A stretch of DNA of 64,000 bases, from the NCBI RefSeq assembly GCF_009914755.1, contig NC_060927.1. One strand, written 5' to 3'. Position 1 is the first letter of the stretch. Each line of letters starts with the position of its first letter. This document shows positions 27,162 to 41,573 of this stretch, piece by piece. The position numbers and the translations under genes are program-made. The notes under the pieces were generated by a model, which searched no databases, had not been told where the DNA came from, and saw nothing but the letters and a program-made list of their open reading frames with translations. This DNA comes from the human T2T-CHM13v2.0 reference genome, Homo sapiens.

Positions 27162-28975
27162 GGACAAAAAGCAATAGATACTGGTGAAGTGTGGAGAAAA
27201 GGGAACTCTTATACACTGTTGGTGGGAATGTACATTAGTACAACCGTTGTGGAAAATACTGTAGAGATTTATCAGAAAACTAAAAATACAGCTACCATAT
27301 TCACCAGCAATCCCACTACTGAGGGTCTATCCAAAGGAATAGAAACCAGTGAATATATCAAAGGGATACCGGCACTGGCATGTTTATCACAGCTCTATTC
27401 TCGATAGTAAAGAAATGGGATCCATGTAAGTGTCCATCAATCAACAAATAGAGAAAGAAAAAATGTGGTATACATTCACAATGGTGTACTATTTGGCTAT
27501 AAAAAAGAATGTAATCGTGTATCAGCAACCAGGATGAAAGTGTATATCATTATTTTAAGTGAAATAACCCAGGCACAGAAAGACAAACCGCATGTCCTTA
27601 CTCATGTGTGGGAGCTAAAAATGTTAATCATGTAAAGGCAGAGAGTAGAATAATAGATACTAGAAGCTAAGAATGTTGGGTGGGTGAGGGGAGGATGAGA
27701 AGAGGTAGGTTAACAGGCACAAATACACAGTTAGATAAAAAGTATAAATCCTATCTTTCCACTGTAGAGTGACTATAGTTAAGAACACATATTGTATATT
27801 TCAGTGTTTCTAGAAGAGAGGATTTGAATCGTTCCCAATGCATAGAAATAATAAATACTCAAAGTGATGGATGCCTCAAATCCTTGACTTGATTATTATA
27901 CAGTCTATGCATATAAAAAAAATCACATGTACTCCATAAATATGTAAAATATTATGTATGAATAAACATAAATAAATACGCATTTGGCACAGAGTGTGTT
28001 GCTGGGTATGTTTTAGTTACCCTTCCCTCTCCTATCCAATATAGTATAGGGTACATTATAACCGCATACTAATAAAGTATGCACGAATGGATGAAGAGTG
28101 GACAGATGGAGAAATAAGATATTCAGTAATATTATTGTAATCTAAAATATCAATTACTTTTCTAGGGTAAACATTTTATGTCTTCTCAATTAGATTCCCT
28201 CATAAACAATCTGTTTTATTAAATACAAATTACTATAAAAATTGTTATTGGAAAAGTTCTTATTTCAGTCCACTTGTTTTATAAATTTGAAAAAGATTAA
28301 ACTCATACATTTTATTAAACAAATAAAAAAATGTTAGCTTGACATGGAGCATGATTAATGATTGCATCAGTGTAACAGGCATAAATTGGAAGTATTTCAG
28401 GCAAACTAGAATGACTAATCAGACTACCTAAAAATGACCCATAACTTTCAATGGCACTAAGAGTTGATGTTATGCATCTCTTTTTTTCCTTCTAATTGCA
28501 CCTGTCTCTTTCATACCTTATCCTTGGATTGTATTAATGATCACATGCTATTTTTAAAAAGTACTAGAAATATTTGAGCTTCTTATGAGACTAGCCTGAA
28601 ACTGGACGTCAAGTTTTTTACTTCATCCCATTCTACATCCTTGACCCCTTTCCCCCTGTAAGTACCCCTTCAGTAACAAAGAACTTTGCTGAGAAGCCCA
28701 TTTTGGGCTCTGCTTCTAGAGGACCTAACCTAAGACAATGGGATTTGGTGTGGCTAGCAAGGTATGGCATTTTTAGAAAAAAGAAAAAAATAGGAACAAA
28801 GATAGTTTTCAGGGCCCTGTTTTGCTTGCCTGCACCTCAAATCTCAACAATAAAAGTGGCTTTATGATGGTGGTTTTGTTCATGAACTAGCAAAGTATTA
28901 AGATAGCAAATGTCTCCTTAAAGGGAAGGGTACAAATTGAATGTGAGTTCTCGAGGAAGGGTAAGAGAAACCTAA

Positions 28976-29457
28976 TGTTGTGGGTTGATTTGATTCTCCC
29001 AAAAACATATGTTGAAGTTCTACCTCTAGAAGAACCTGAAAATGTGGCTTTACTTGGAAATAGGGTCTTAGCAGATGTAATTAGTTAAGATGAGGTCACA
29101 CTTGAGTAGGATGAATCCTAAATCCAATATGACTGGTGTCCTTATAAGAAAAAGAGAAAAGACAAACATGCAGAGAAACGAAAGTCGTGAAGACACATAG
29201 GAACAAGCCCAATAAATGACAAAGGCTGAGGCTGGAGTGCATATCTACAAGCCACAGAATGCCAAGGATTGCCAGCAACCACCAGAAGAGTGAGACATGG
29301 AACAGTCTTCCTCTGACAATCTAAGAAACAACCAATCCTGCTAATACTTTGATTTTTGACTTCCCACCTCTAGAACCGTGAGAGACTACATTTTTTGTTG
29401 TTTCAAGCCAATAAAGTTTATGGCAATTTGTTTCAGAAGCCCAAGGAAACTAATATA
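28976..29457 (+). mobile_element. MaLR solo LTR (MLT1C-like)
   Basis: tgttgtgggttgat...ttggaaatagggtcttagcagatgtaattagttaagatgaggtcac...gccaaggattgccagcaaccaccagaag...ggaaactaatata; TSD cctaa/cctga. Confidence 0.85.
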
Positions 29458-32400
29458 CCTGAGTATACAATGGCAGTGAGTTAGCATAAAATAGGCTTTC
29501 TTAAATAAATCTGGCAGAGCCATATCTGTACCAAGCAAGCATCCCTGGCAACTGTGGCCCTGTTTCTCCTACCTCCCACCTAAAAGGAATCCAGAGGAAA
29601 AGAAACAGTGGCCACAATGGACCTCGTTTTCTACTGCCCTGTATAGCATTTTGCTTCCCATAAGTTCTGCATCTTTGGCTAAATAAATCACAAACTTGCA
29701 GAGGTTATGATTATCTAGTCTTTTCCATCATAACCCAACCCACCTGAAATGCTCTGACACTCTAGAAAATAATTCTAATTAATGAATAAAACATGGTAAA
29801 CTGATAATTAGCTTTTGAAGGTGAAAGTGAGCTCTTTAACAGGAGGGTAATTCAGTAATGTTCTAATTGTTTTCCCCAGCATCAGACATTACCTGACACT
29901 TCATTTTTGCTTCAGCATAACAATTCCCAGCCTATGTTTAGAAAGATCATGTACAATTTCTTAGGATTTGGCTAGAAATTATTCATAATGCCTGGATTAC
30001 ACACTTTGAGAAATGTGAAGTTGTATGTTATTTAAGCTTCCAAATCCAGCTGTGGCGAGGGCTTTCTGGCTTGGAATACTCAATGGAAACTTATGAACAG
30101 CCCTATTTTTTATTTCTAAGCAAAACAATGTGAAAGAGACCTCTGCTATTAGATAATTAGTGATTTCAAAAGTATAGATGCTAATATCAACGTTAATTGG
30201 GTTAGTTTATTGCATAGGCAGATGAAAAGGATAGATATTTAGCATGTGATGGATAATTCTGCATTTTAAATGCTGTTCCTGAATGTTGGGGAAAAGGGGG
30301 GTTATTTTGAAAGTTGATAAAACATGTTTGTATGGATCTTTTTCAAACTGATAATCTGACAGGTTACATGTATTTGGGGGAGAGTGTCAGTGGCCCTCTA
30401 AAGAATCAGAATGTATTCAGCAAATGTATATTCAGAAACAATATTTCTGAATTTTCTTCATATCTGACTTCAAGAGAGAATTAAATAGGTAAGGACTTGT
30501 TTTCATATGAAAAATGTTTGGTCTTTCTTCCTAAAGTCCAATTTCTGCTATTAGCAGAAGCCAAACCTTCCTGTAGAGAAACACACAAAAAAAATGACAG
30601 AATTTGTTTCTTGGTATAGTCACCCACTGCATAAACCAAATCAAATCTTTCCTAGGTGTCAACTGTAAGAAATCCCACACACACTCAAGTCACTAATTTG
30701 TCACAGATCATACTCTGGTAAAGAAAACCTTTATTGAAGGTGTTTGTAAAAAAAAAAAAACTCCCCTTGTTGAAAATGCCTATCCAAAATAATAATAAAA
30801 AACATTACAAGGGGAACCCACTGGGAGAGAAGGTAGATGGATGAAGACCCTTAAGACTAGCTAGTAAAAGAGTACCTGGTGGCTAAGAACCTATAAGCCA
30901 TGCTGGGGGTTGCAAACCAAACTTATTACAGGGACCTGCACAAAGCAAAGACTGGGGCCTCCAAGTACAGATTGTAGAAAGTTGTAAAATTCTGTTTAGT
31001 CCAAAGGGGCCAGTCGCAGTTCATTTAGCTAGTTCTGCAGCCAATAAACGCCTAGTGGGAATTCAGTACCAGGACACTCTCAGATTTTTTTTTTTTTTTT
31101 TTTACTTTTCAAGAAAAATCAGAAATTCTCATTTTATTTTAATTTTGGAAGCAAATGTTTATTTTTCCCTTAGGCATATAATTCTTTCAGAGGCTTTAAA
31201 GTTTACTACTGTTTTTCCCACAAAGTCTATTCATTCAGTCTCCTATTAGAGTTATATCTGGGCATTTTAAGGTTGTTTTTATAATGTTACATCTTGTCTA
31301 ACTTTTTTTTCTTCCACTTTTCCTTTTTCTTCCCCTCTTTTTGGTATTATTATTTCTGCTCTTTTCGCTAAGATGAAATATAAAGACATCAGCCTTAGAA
31401 GACCAGTAGAGAACGTTTCAGGCACTTGCTGATACATTCCTTCTTTCCTAGTAAAATAAGTTTTGAACACACGAACTAGATTTCTTTTAGAAATAAGTTG
31501 TGTCATCCATAGCTCCCCACTGGGATGGAGCATTGGTATCAACACCAGAAACATGTTTTGAACTAACATGGAAGAAAGAGCTGGTTTTGTAAATAGGTGA
31601 ACCTGGTATTTGACTACGTAGTAGTCAGGAAATTGGTGGAGTCTGCAATCTGTGGGGCTCTGGTGTCTGGAAAATTTTACAGTTGCAGATTGATGTGAGC
31701 ATGTAGCATTAGGCAGAATATTCAATCCAACTTTCCATTTTATAATGCATACAAAGAGAACAGTTGTGTTGCATCATTATTACATCAAAAGGTCTAACTT
31801 TTATTATTCACTTATGTAAGATTCACATTGATTTAAATATGGTTATGGTAATAAATGATAGGCATAGAGAAATGCTACTGACATCTTTCATGTTCATCTC
31901 CTCTGAGTTGAAATATATTTAAACCTGTTACTTAATGGGCCTGATAAATTATTTTGACCTGTCAGAATAGACTAAAAAAATTTAGCAATGATAATTTTCA
32001 ATTTGGCAGCAAATATATACCGTATGGATAATAATTTTTTTACAATAGTTTTCTCTGAATATTCATGTCTTTGAATTTCAATACGATACCATTTGTATCA
32101 TAAAATTGTATACCATTTTTGGTATATTATTCATTGTATATTCAGAGAGTGTGAAAGAAAACCTTAGTTGGTGCGCATACTTTTCATCTCCTGTTGTTCT
32201 CGAACATGAATGAGAACTTATTGCAACACATTTTCTTTTCCATGTGTTGGCATTAACATGTTTTTATGGGCTTATAGAATTTTAAATGTTGATAAACGAT
32301 GTTTCCAAAGGTTCAAGTTTGGATTTTCTCTATCCACCAGCCTTAATCAGTCTAGCAGTGTCTTTAGTAGCAGATAGAAAATAAATTATAGAAATTCTCA

Positions 32401-35400
32401 TTTTAAAAACACTTTTTTCAAAGCTGTTTGGGAACTAAAATAAAAAAAAATTTCAGCCCTATGGAAACATGGATTACCATCTTGCAACCTCTTGTCGTCA
32501 CTAAAATTTTATTTTAGCAAAGGCCAACTATAAGCATTCAAAGTTATGGGTAACATTATTTTTCTGCCTTACATTAAACTGAAATGCTCTAAGTGGTCAG
32601 TTTAAGTGTGAAAACATTTACCTTGTTTAACAAGGGAGAGAGAAGGGGTAATGGAACAAGCATCATCCAGAACTGAATGAAAATAAGATATTTTACTTTT
32701 TTTCTTTAATCAGCACATTTCTTTTGATAAATAGTCATGAGACGTGTTCTGTGAGTCACTACAATTCTCACTTGGCACTTGGAACAGTCGTGTTATATAG
32801 GTTTACCATAACTCTCAGAACAGGAGTATATTACAAACAAGTGGAGTAGAACATAGAGAATACATAATTTGTTCTAATATTCCTCTTCCTTAGAGCCTTC
32901 AAACTTAAACCAAGTTGAAAAAAAAAGTTTCCCAAATTGAAAACATTGCCTATGGATTATCTACAGAAGAGAGGAAAATAAGCAACCATTTTGATTCCAC
33001 AAACCAAGCGAAGAATAAGGACATGAACAGACCAATGTCTTGACACCACTGGCAATATTACATTTACCTGGACAATTTTGATATTGTCAAAGAGAGAGGA
33101 TATAATGGCTAAGGATGTTCCTAGAGCTGCTGAAGGAACCAGAGAGCTTTCATCCATAAAAATATCACTGGTGTCTTTCTTTTACTAAAACTGAAAATTC
33201 ATCTTAAAGAATTCCTAATAAAAATAAATATTAATTTGTTCACAGCTGCAAGTTTAACTTAGTACAGGACCACAGACAAGATAAACTGTGCTATATTTTA
33301 CATTTCTGAGTCAATAATATTGGAAGCAGCTTCATTTTATAGTGGGGGAAATTAATGGCATATGGGGGATTTTATCACATATCATGTAGGGTGAGAAATT
33401 GATGTTTGGGGAGATGTTATCACATGACTTAAAACAGAAGACTGGCATAAAACAAACTATGTGAATTGCCTTAATTATTATTATTATTACTTTTTTTCAA
33501 GAAAAAATAGTACTTTACTGGTATACAAAGGGTAGTTCTTTGGGTTTTTAATGAAAACAAATATAACAATAACATATAGAATCATCATTCAACTATCATA
33601 ATATAAAACACAATAAAATCCTATCTCACGTTTCCAAGCCCACCTGGGGATATGTAGAACTCTGATGAAAGGTTTATTCAGTAAGATTTGACGAGATGTA
33701 AAAAGCAAATTTATTTACTGAACACATGGGCCATTAAGGTGGCACAAATTAGCATTCTGAGCGTTTTGGCTTCTGGTACTCAAGTCAGACTTCCAGATAC
33801 ATTGATAAAGATGGAACAGGCAAGTTTGATGCCAAGGTGGCATCACTGTGGCTGACCAATGATTCGGAATCTCACATTGGTGTGACTAGTGATTATAGTT
33901 AAGTCAATGCTTTGCCACCCCCCAGCTTTGTTAGTTTTTGTAAAATCAAATTCACCATGTCAACTGTACCTCCCTCCAATGCTTGTGGTAATGCTCTTTC
34001 AAATGAGGTATTCTTGTTAGCAGGTAAAACCTTATATGATCCTTTGCCAAGAGATTGATTAAAATTAGATAAAACCCTGGTTATATTTTTTAAGCCATAA
34101 GAATGTAAGAGGAGAAAAATCGCATGAATATTTTTCCTTTATTTTTTGCAGGGTCACAAGCATGTAGAGCAAACCATAGTCTATTTTTAATTTCAAAATA
34201 GTGCTCATGTTTGTGAACATTAATGCCAAAGTTTTCAATAAGCTTGGTTGTCAAAAGAACACTGCCTTCAATTTATAGTCACTAAATGCATGTGGATTAA
34301 AATATTTTTAGATCTCAAAACTAAAGTTCAAATTGGCTCATGTTAGTAAATAGACATACTTATCACTCAATTTATTCGACAGTGTCTGTTTGTAGTTTTA
34401 TTGTGAAGAACAGCCATTTTAAAATAGCCAAACATCCAGTTTTTGTGAGAGCTGAATATTTCATCATACATTGGATAACACTAAATTTTCCCCGACTGAC
34501 CACTCTTGGTAGTCGATTTAAAATTTGTTGTAAAATTTCAGTGAATTAAATATTATTAGAAGAAATTATTGACTAAGTTTCATGTGCTAGGATATAACTT
34601 ATTTTTCTCACCTAGGCTTTTATTTAATAAAAATTGCTGTGGATTTACAAAACAAAACAAAACAAAACAAAAAAAGTTCAGTTAGGAGACCTTAGTTGAA
34701 ACTGACATAAGATTTTTGCTGATAAAATAAATGAAAGAAACTATGACTAAAAATATTCCCCGAAGAAACAATGTTCTTTGCATATAGCTCCATGTGCAGA
34801 TTAAAAACTATATTTTTAAAAACACTCCAACCTTTTTTCAGGACAAAAGAGAAAGCTAATATAGCTACAAATGATGTAGCTTTGGCATCAGGTCAGTTCC
34901 ATCTTAAATATGTAGTAATATAAACGCTGTAACTATAAGTCACATTTTAAAACGACTTTATGAAATTTATAGAAATATGGCTTAGATTTTGGAGCTATTT
35001 TGAGTAGCAAATGACTTGCTTTTACTAAATTCAGCTTTTTTAAAAGCACATTTCTGTAATCAGTCATTATCCCTATTTTTATCAGAGAGAATCATCAAAA
35101 TGTCAAGTGAATTGGCCCAGTTTCCTCGTAGATGATTGGTAGCGAAGCCAACAACTGTGTTCACTGTTCTGTGATGCTCGATCTTGTGCCCAGATCCCTT
35201 GGCCACAAGGCTTTTTCGCCAATATCCAGTACTTCCACACATTTTTCTATAATCCATTTAAAAACCAGATGCCATAAAATGGAATTTTTCTTGACTATTT
35301 GATAAAAGTTAAACTTTCCAGGATCTCACGAACTCAATTCCTTTTTCATCTCTACTAATGTTAGCATAACATCATAAGAGACATAAAGCATCTCACGAAG

Positions 35401-38400
35401 GGTCTTTATCCAATATTAGTTGCCCCTAGCCCTAGGGTCCTATACTGAAATTATATAACAATGTGTGTTAAGTTGGGTTGACAAACGTCCAATAAAACCC
35501 ATATCATTATTTTGGTTAACAAAATTTAACACACTTCACTATAGCTTTAAAACTCTCTGACATCATTGTTTCTCAATAGATTTATGTTGAAAAATCCTAT
35601 TAGTGAGAGACTTTAAAAATAATATTTGTTGTACTGGCAAAAATACAATCTGGGTTTCCAATGAAGGCTCTCTCTGCTAATTTTCCGTTGTCTTGTTATA
35701 CCATGTCCTGCACACTACCTGGATTTGAGGAAGATTTTATAAGCATTCAAAGTCAGTACTCAAAGTCAGTAGCTGATGTGAAATGATACAATTGTATGAC
35801 CCAACTCAAACTGTTAGCATAATAGTCTTGCTAGAGTGCATAACATCTTAACATTATATCTACTTCCCAGCCCCTCCAATGCCCTAAAATGATTAATGCC
35901 CCAAAATGATTAAGACTCCCAAGTGTGACATTGGAGTTCCTTTTGTTAAAGTAAAACCAACCTAATCATTGAAAATAAAATGATTTTACCATGGCTTTGT
36001 AAAAGAATGACAGGTACTAAGACTCATATTTTTACAATTCTGTATGTGTGTGCGTATATAAGCATTAACCTTAGAACTCGTCACTATACTATTACTTATT
36101 TTTAATTATACTTCTTTGCTCACAAATCATTTTAGCCCTAATCTTTAAAAATTGCCTTTAGAGATGACCTGCCAGTCTGAAAATAACATGACCCCATTAT
36201 CGGCTGTCTTAGTTAACCAAACTCTAAGATACTCTACCTGATCATATATATTAATAGTCAGATTTTACTTCGTTTGACAAATACATTTTAGCAGTTTCTA
36301 CAGTCAACTTAGCCACCTAGGAAGGATGAGTTTCCATCACTGAGAAGAGGAAAGAGAAGACCCTCAAATTGAAGGTAATGTTCAGTCCCTTGACATCTGA
36401 ACATTGATGACCCAACCAGAGAATTCTTTAAACTCTGTGACTCTTCATGACCTGCATGAACTTCTAATAAAATAACACATATTTTTCCAGAGTAGAACCT
36501 GCCTTTTGTCACCATTCACATTCTGGTAAGTTGTAAGTCCATTCCTGGCAGTAACAACCTTTAGGCCAAATGAGCATGACATGTCAACCTATCCATCTTT
36601 CACTGGACACCCTGATACCACTCTCAGAAATACCATGTAGGCAATGGAGACCTACCATTAGAAATGATCCATTTCACTTCCTGATAGTAGCCTCTCTAGC
36701 TACTGAAGCAAACCATACAAAAACACAAGAGATGCTCCAGAGATAAATCTCCCCATGTAGAAAGAAAAAAAAATCAGCAAAAGTCAGGTAAAACTTTCAC
36801 TGTTAGGACTCAGTTTAAATAATTCCTGTAACAATGACAAGAGCGCATAACTGATATACTTGTCTGTGGAAGAGATGGTCTTAATAAGGCAACCATTAGT
36901 TAAAATACATGCAAACGCAGGACAGAATTAGTTATGGCTTAGTCGGGACCCCTTCCTATTGAAGAGAGAAAGTGCAACAAAAGAAATAAGGATGACGCAT
37001 TTAAATTGTTGTTCCCTTCCACACCCCCACTGCCAGCTGTCTATTGCCTTTTTCAGGGTTGGTTTTGTTCAGAATTTATTACATTCTTGACTGGGAAAAT
37101 AGAAGTAGCATATCTTACATGATGTTGGCATAAGCGCGATCATAATAAGTGAGTACTAAGTGAATTAGCAACTACTCCAATATTGGTGAAATGTACATTC
37201 TGGTTGAGCATATGAATGACCTACAATATGGCTTACACTCAGGATGGAAAGGAATACAGAATATTTTTCTGGACATATGCAAGTATGTGAGTAGCTGCAT
37301 TGGTCACTCGAATAAAGAATTTTTATTCCTGAGAGGATAAAAGCAATGCCCCTCTAGTGCTGATGTATTAAACCAGCTTAGCTATTAATCACTGTCATCC
37401 ATTTTACTGATGAAGAAATTAAGGGCAAGGCATTAGTTGACTATTTAAGTTACCCTGTTGGTCAGGGACAAAGTCTACAATAGACTCTGGCTACTCTAAG
37501 GCTCCTCATTGCTTTTCCCACCACTTCATGCGGCTTTTGGGTGAACAAATTTATTAATACAATGTCATCCATGCTTATGTATAGAAAGGTAATTTTCTAC
37601 TTCAATTCAGATCTAAAGAAACAGGCCTATATACCACTTCAGTTACCTTTTAGCTTTCTGATCTGATTTCTTCAGAACAATTGAAACATTACACTGGTAC
37701 AAAGACAAAGATATTAATTTAAAATTTAATTGTAATTGGTGATATTTATTGCTCATGTCTACTATGTGTTGGTTTGTGCCTTAGAAACTCAAATAGGCAC
37801 AGCCTCTTTGATTCTATTTTGAAACTTCTGCTGTCTTTTAATTCTTAGTCTTTTATGATTTCCTGCTCTTTTAATTTTCAAATACATATAAATACTCCTT
37901 TGCTAACTAGTTTCTTGGCAACAAAATATGTAGCACCTTTAGAAAAACCAAATTTCGTCTCTGATGATAATGGCAGTGAATTACTGCGATAGATCAGGAG
38001 AAGCCAAATAGTACCTAAAGATAGAAATCCTTTCAAATGAGGCAGGGGTGATATAAATTGCCAAAAGCCAAGTATGTTTGCTTATGTGAATAAAAAAAGT
38101 ACTCTTCAAAGTTGAGGTCCAGTGAGAGGAGCAATTTATCATGTGTAATTGCCTGTTTTCTCATAAGAGAAATACAGTACCTCCCCAATGACTGTTTCCC
38201 ATTTGTCTGGACGATCTGATTGAGGTGCAACAATGCTTTTTCCAGAGGCATTTGGCTTCTGCAATGCATTTATATTTGTTTCAAATGAATCAGAGCTGCT
38301 TTCTCTATCACTTTCCTTGCCATGGTGTGATGCATGGGAAGGAATGTAAAACCATAAAGTCAGACCACCCTCAGGGATTTTCACAGCACACTGCTGACCA

Positions 38401-39253
38401 ATCTAAATTGTGGATCTTTATTCATGAAAAAAGTTCCCTAAGGGAAAAGATACAGTTTTATGGCAGCCTGAACTATAATGGATGTTAATCTGGTATTGGT
38501 AAATATATGGAGTGTGGGGGAAACAACTCACAGAGAATCCACTGTAAGTTCTGTGGTTAGGCTTCATCCTTTATTAGGTAGTGAATAAAAGACAACTGAT
38601 GCTTACAACTCCAATTTAAAAGACCATTTAAACAAAAATGGTTCCATAGCGAAGTGAGGCAGAAGGGATCCAGGTATTTCTGAGATTTCTTATATGGCTG
38701 ATGGAGAAAATATGGCTGATTCGTTTGTTCCCAGCAAATCATTAAAGACAGTAATGCCTTGTGACCCAGGACACTGTGTATCCCATAGGCCCTGATTTTT
38801 AGTGGACTGGCTCATTCACTTTGGTGAAAATGGGGAAGAACAGCAAAAGCACGTTTTAGTGAGACTGCTTTAATTAACACTAAGTTATCTAACAGAAAGT
38901 GAGGCTGTATCAGTTGTAAAGGTTGTTGGATAGGGACTCAGGATGATTATGGAAAATCAAAATATTTGACATAGCAGAAAAGGGAAACTAAAGTTCAAAA
39001 TGGTTAGAAGCTGGTCACATGGGATACAGACAGAGCCCCAAACAACAGACTTATGGGCAACTATCCACCTGGCTGAACTACCAGGGTCTGTAGGTGAAAA
39101 AGGAAACACTTGCTAAAACTAGAGAATAGAGATGCTGGTAAATGCAAAATCACCAGATACTTTCAAAACAAATTTTAATGCTAATCAATATATTTAACCA
39201 GAGAAGCATGGTTTGAAATTCTTTCTACCAGAATACTGATGGAACACATTATC

Positions 39254-39395
39254 TTCCTTTCTTCCTTCCTTCCTTTTCTTCCCTTCCCCATCTCCTTTCC
39301 TTCCTTCCTTCCCTCCTTTCTTCCTTCCTTCCTTCCATTCTTCCTTCCTTCCTTCCTTCTTTCCTTCTTTTTTTTTGTTTTTGTTTTGGTTGGTT
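39254..39395. repeat. (CCTT)n polypyrimidine/polypurine tract
   Basis: Imperfect ccttccttcc repeats ending in T-rich sequence. Confidence 0.9.
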
Positions 39396-41137
39396 AACAA
39401 AGGATATATAAAGCCAACTGCTTTAAAGATTCATTTATATGACAAATTTCTATAGCTAGATGGTGGAGAAGAACTCCAAAAAACCATGTTTAATGTTGAG
39501 CACCAAGCACGCTATGGTGTTTCTTAAATATAAAATGATAAATGCTAAATACCTATGTCTCAAATGGTTTCCTCTTGATTCTTTATACCTCTCCAAGGGT
39601 TACAACACTTTGAGAGCAGTTTCAGGAAGGCCACACCCAATCCTTCCCTATATTTTTAAATAGTCTTTAGAAAACCTTTTCAAAAATAGTTTTTTCTCTA
39701 AACCTAAATCATGTATGTTTTGTCATTATTCTAAGTTTCAGTGTCATTGCTCTTATTAATGCAACAGACTGGCTGCATCAAACCCCACCATTTTGATAGG
39801 TATATGTCAGCTTTCTATGGGAAAAAGCAAATAGCCTTTATCACAAATTAAAGGCACAGCTATTTTTATGCCATTTGTTACCAATTTAATGATAACATGT
39901 AACACTGGATGGTTATATAATTATTTTATATAGATTTTTTCTTTTTATAACTTATTCTCTTAATCTTTCTAACATATATACAATATACATATATTTATAT
40001 ATACCCCTGATAAATCTTGTTTTAAAGGTAAAACATCAACTTCTTTCAGCCTGATGGTGAATATCAAAGGCTCTCGGTATTTCACAACTCCACTGGAGAA
40101 ATAATTGTCGAGTGGAACTTACCAGTATTTTTTAACACTATGTCATTGGTGTGCAATTAACTCAGATTCATATTTCCTGTTGTTATTAACATTTAAATAT
40201 ATATTAATTGTTTATATCATGTCAGCAGGTAATCTAAAAAACAAGAAAAACCCATAAAAATAGCTAATGCTTAATTCTACCATCATACTTAAAGCAGAAA
40301 CCTTTGCCTAAGAAACAACCCTACTGGTATGATATAAAGGGGATACTGCAGAGATGCAACATTCTCCGTTTTTACTGGATATGTACTAAATGAAAGATCT
40401 TTACTTTGCATTATCATTCTAGGTTATGATTCTTCATCCTTGAAATAGAAGAGTTGTATTGATTTCTTTCTTAACACTCATGATGCATGGGTTTCTCTGC
40501 TTTCAGATATAGGTTCATTATAAACACTTCCCTGTTTCCAGCAATATATCTTCAGGGTGGGAAGTTACTACTTTATAAGAAATCACCTTTATTAATGCCT
40601 CCCCCATCTCTAAGCTTAGCCCTGTTATATCTTCAAGCTAGATAGGAGGGGAGAATGCTGACCAGGGAGACCTCCATGACACCATCCGGTGTATGTTTAT
40701 TTTTTGACTGCTTATTGGTATGAAATAGTTGTTCATTCTACCTTTGCAATTCTTTAAAACCTAGTGGCATAGATTGAGACACAGCACTATTGTTTTACAA
40801 GACATCTACTGTATCTACTTTTGTTGGGATAAATACCCAGTAATTGCCGTCATAGCAAGAGGACCAGCACGGGTAGTACTATTCACAGTGTTGCTTTTGT
40901 TTTTGTTTTTTTCCTTTTTTTTTGTACGATTTTAATCTACAGAGTAAATTATTTTATATACATTGGAACCAGTTAATGCCCTTAGACAATGTATAGTTGT
41001 TTCATAAAGCAGGACAGACAATGCAGAGGGAAATAGGTGCCCAAAAGCACAGTCACAGAGGCTTCAGAAGGTCTAGATACCACTACAAATCAATGCTGGA
41101 GATCACTTCTAAAACAATCAACGTTCAAGAGGAATGC

Positions 41138-41143
41138 TTTAAT
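41138..41143 (-). terminator. Candidate proximal polyadenylation signal ATTAAA
   Basis: tttaat on the plus strand about 200 nt after the stop codon, followed on the minus strand by U/GU-rich ttgaacgttgattgttttag. Confidence 0.55.
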
Positions 41144-41339
41144 GTGGAGAAAATACCACTCCCTCCCTCCCACCCCCAAACCTCCCCCACTTTTTTATAA
41201 CCTTTTCAATTCACTATCAAAAGTCCTGGCTCTTCAGATATACTTTAAACTATAAATAAACACTGCATAGTTCTCTTTTGTTTGTTTTGTTTTTTGTTTT
41301 TTGAAAAATTATTGCAGTACAATTACTCCTATTTGGAAT

Positions 41340-41573
41340 TTAGTAAGGAGCAAACAGCACAGGAGTGTGGGCGGTCCGAATGGGTCCGGGAGCTGGCCGC
41401 AGGAGTGCCGGAGGAAGCGCAGAAGTCTGGAACAGTGTTGCTGCTGGAGCAGTTCGAAGACTGAAGGGGGAACTCACTGCCACTGCTGCTGCGGCTGCTG
41501 CAGCTGCTAGAGGGTTTGGTAGAATTCGTGGAGCCAATGGCTTTGAAGGTTCTTTTGAAAATACTAATTTTAC
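41340..41573 (-). CDS. ZNF385D: Zinc finger protein 385D, last coding exon
   Basis: Acceptor tttttttctcccttgcag|GTA; VKLVFSKEPSKPLAPRILPNPLAAAAAAAAVAVSSPF...GPIRTAHTPVLFAPY*; 234 nt including stop, phase 0. Confidence 0.96.
   Translation of the reverse strand, partial: VKLVFSKEPSKPLAPRILPNPLAAAAAAAAVAVSSPFSLRTAPAATLFQTSALPPALLRPAPGPIRTAHTPVLFAPY

Larger units (their letters stand above)
32680..41339 (-). other. ZNF385D: Putative ZNF385D 3' UTR (short form to ~41120; long form extent uncertain)
   Basis: Follows the TAA at 41342-41340. Proximal ATTAAA at 41143-41138; AT-rich, Alu/L1-free sequence beyond; candidate distal ATTAAA at 32710-32705. The distal end is an inference. Confidence 0.5.

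Noticed and set aside
26804-27187. ORF reading from the retrocopy through poly(A) back into the L1 ORF2 frame
   Set aside because: It depends on frameshifts and on unstable poly(A) length, and stops a few codons into L1; a one-in-three coincidence.
31279-31725. 148-aa minus-strand ORF, the longest in unique sequence
   Set aside because: It starts at a non-ATG codon, has no recognisable domain and a low-complexity end from a T-rich tract; compatible with chance in 64 kb.
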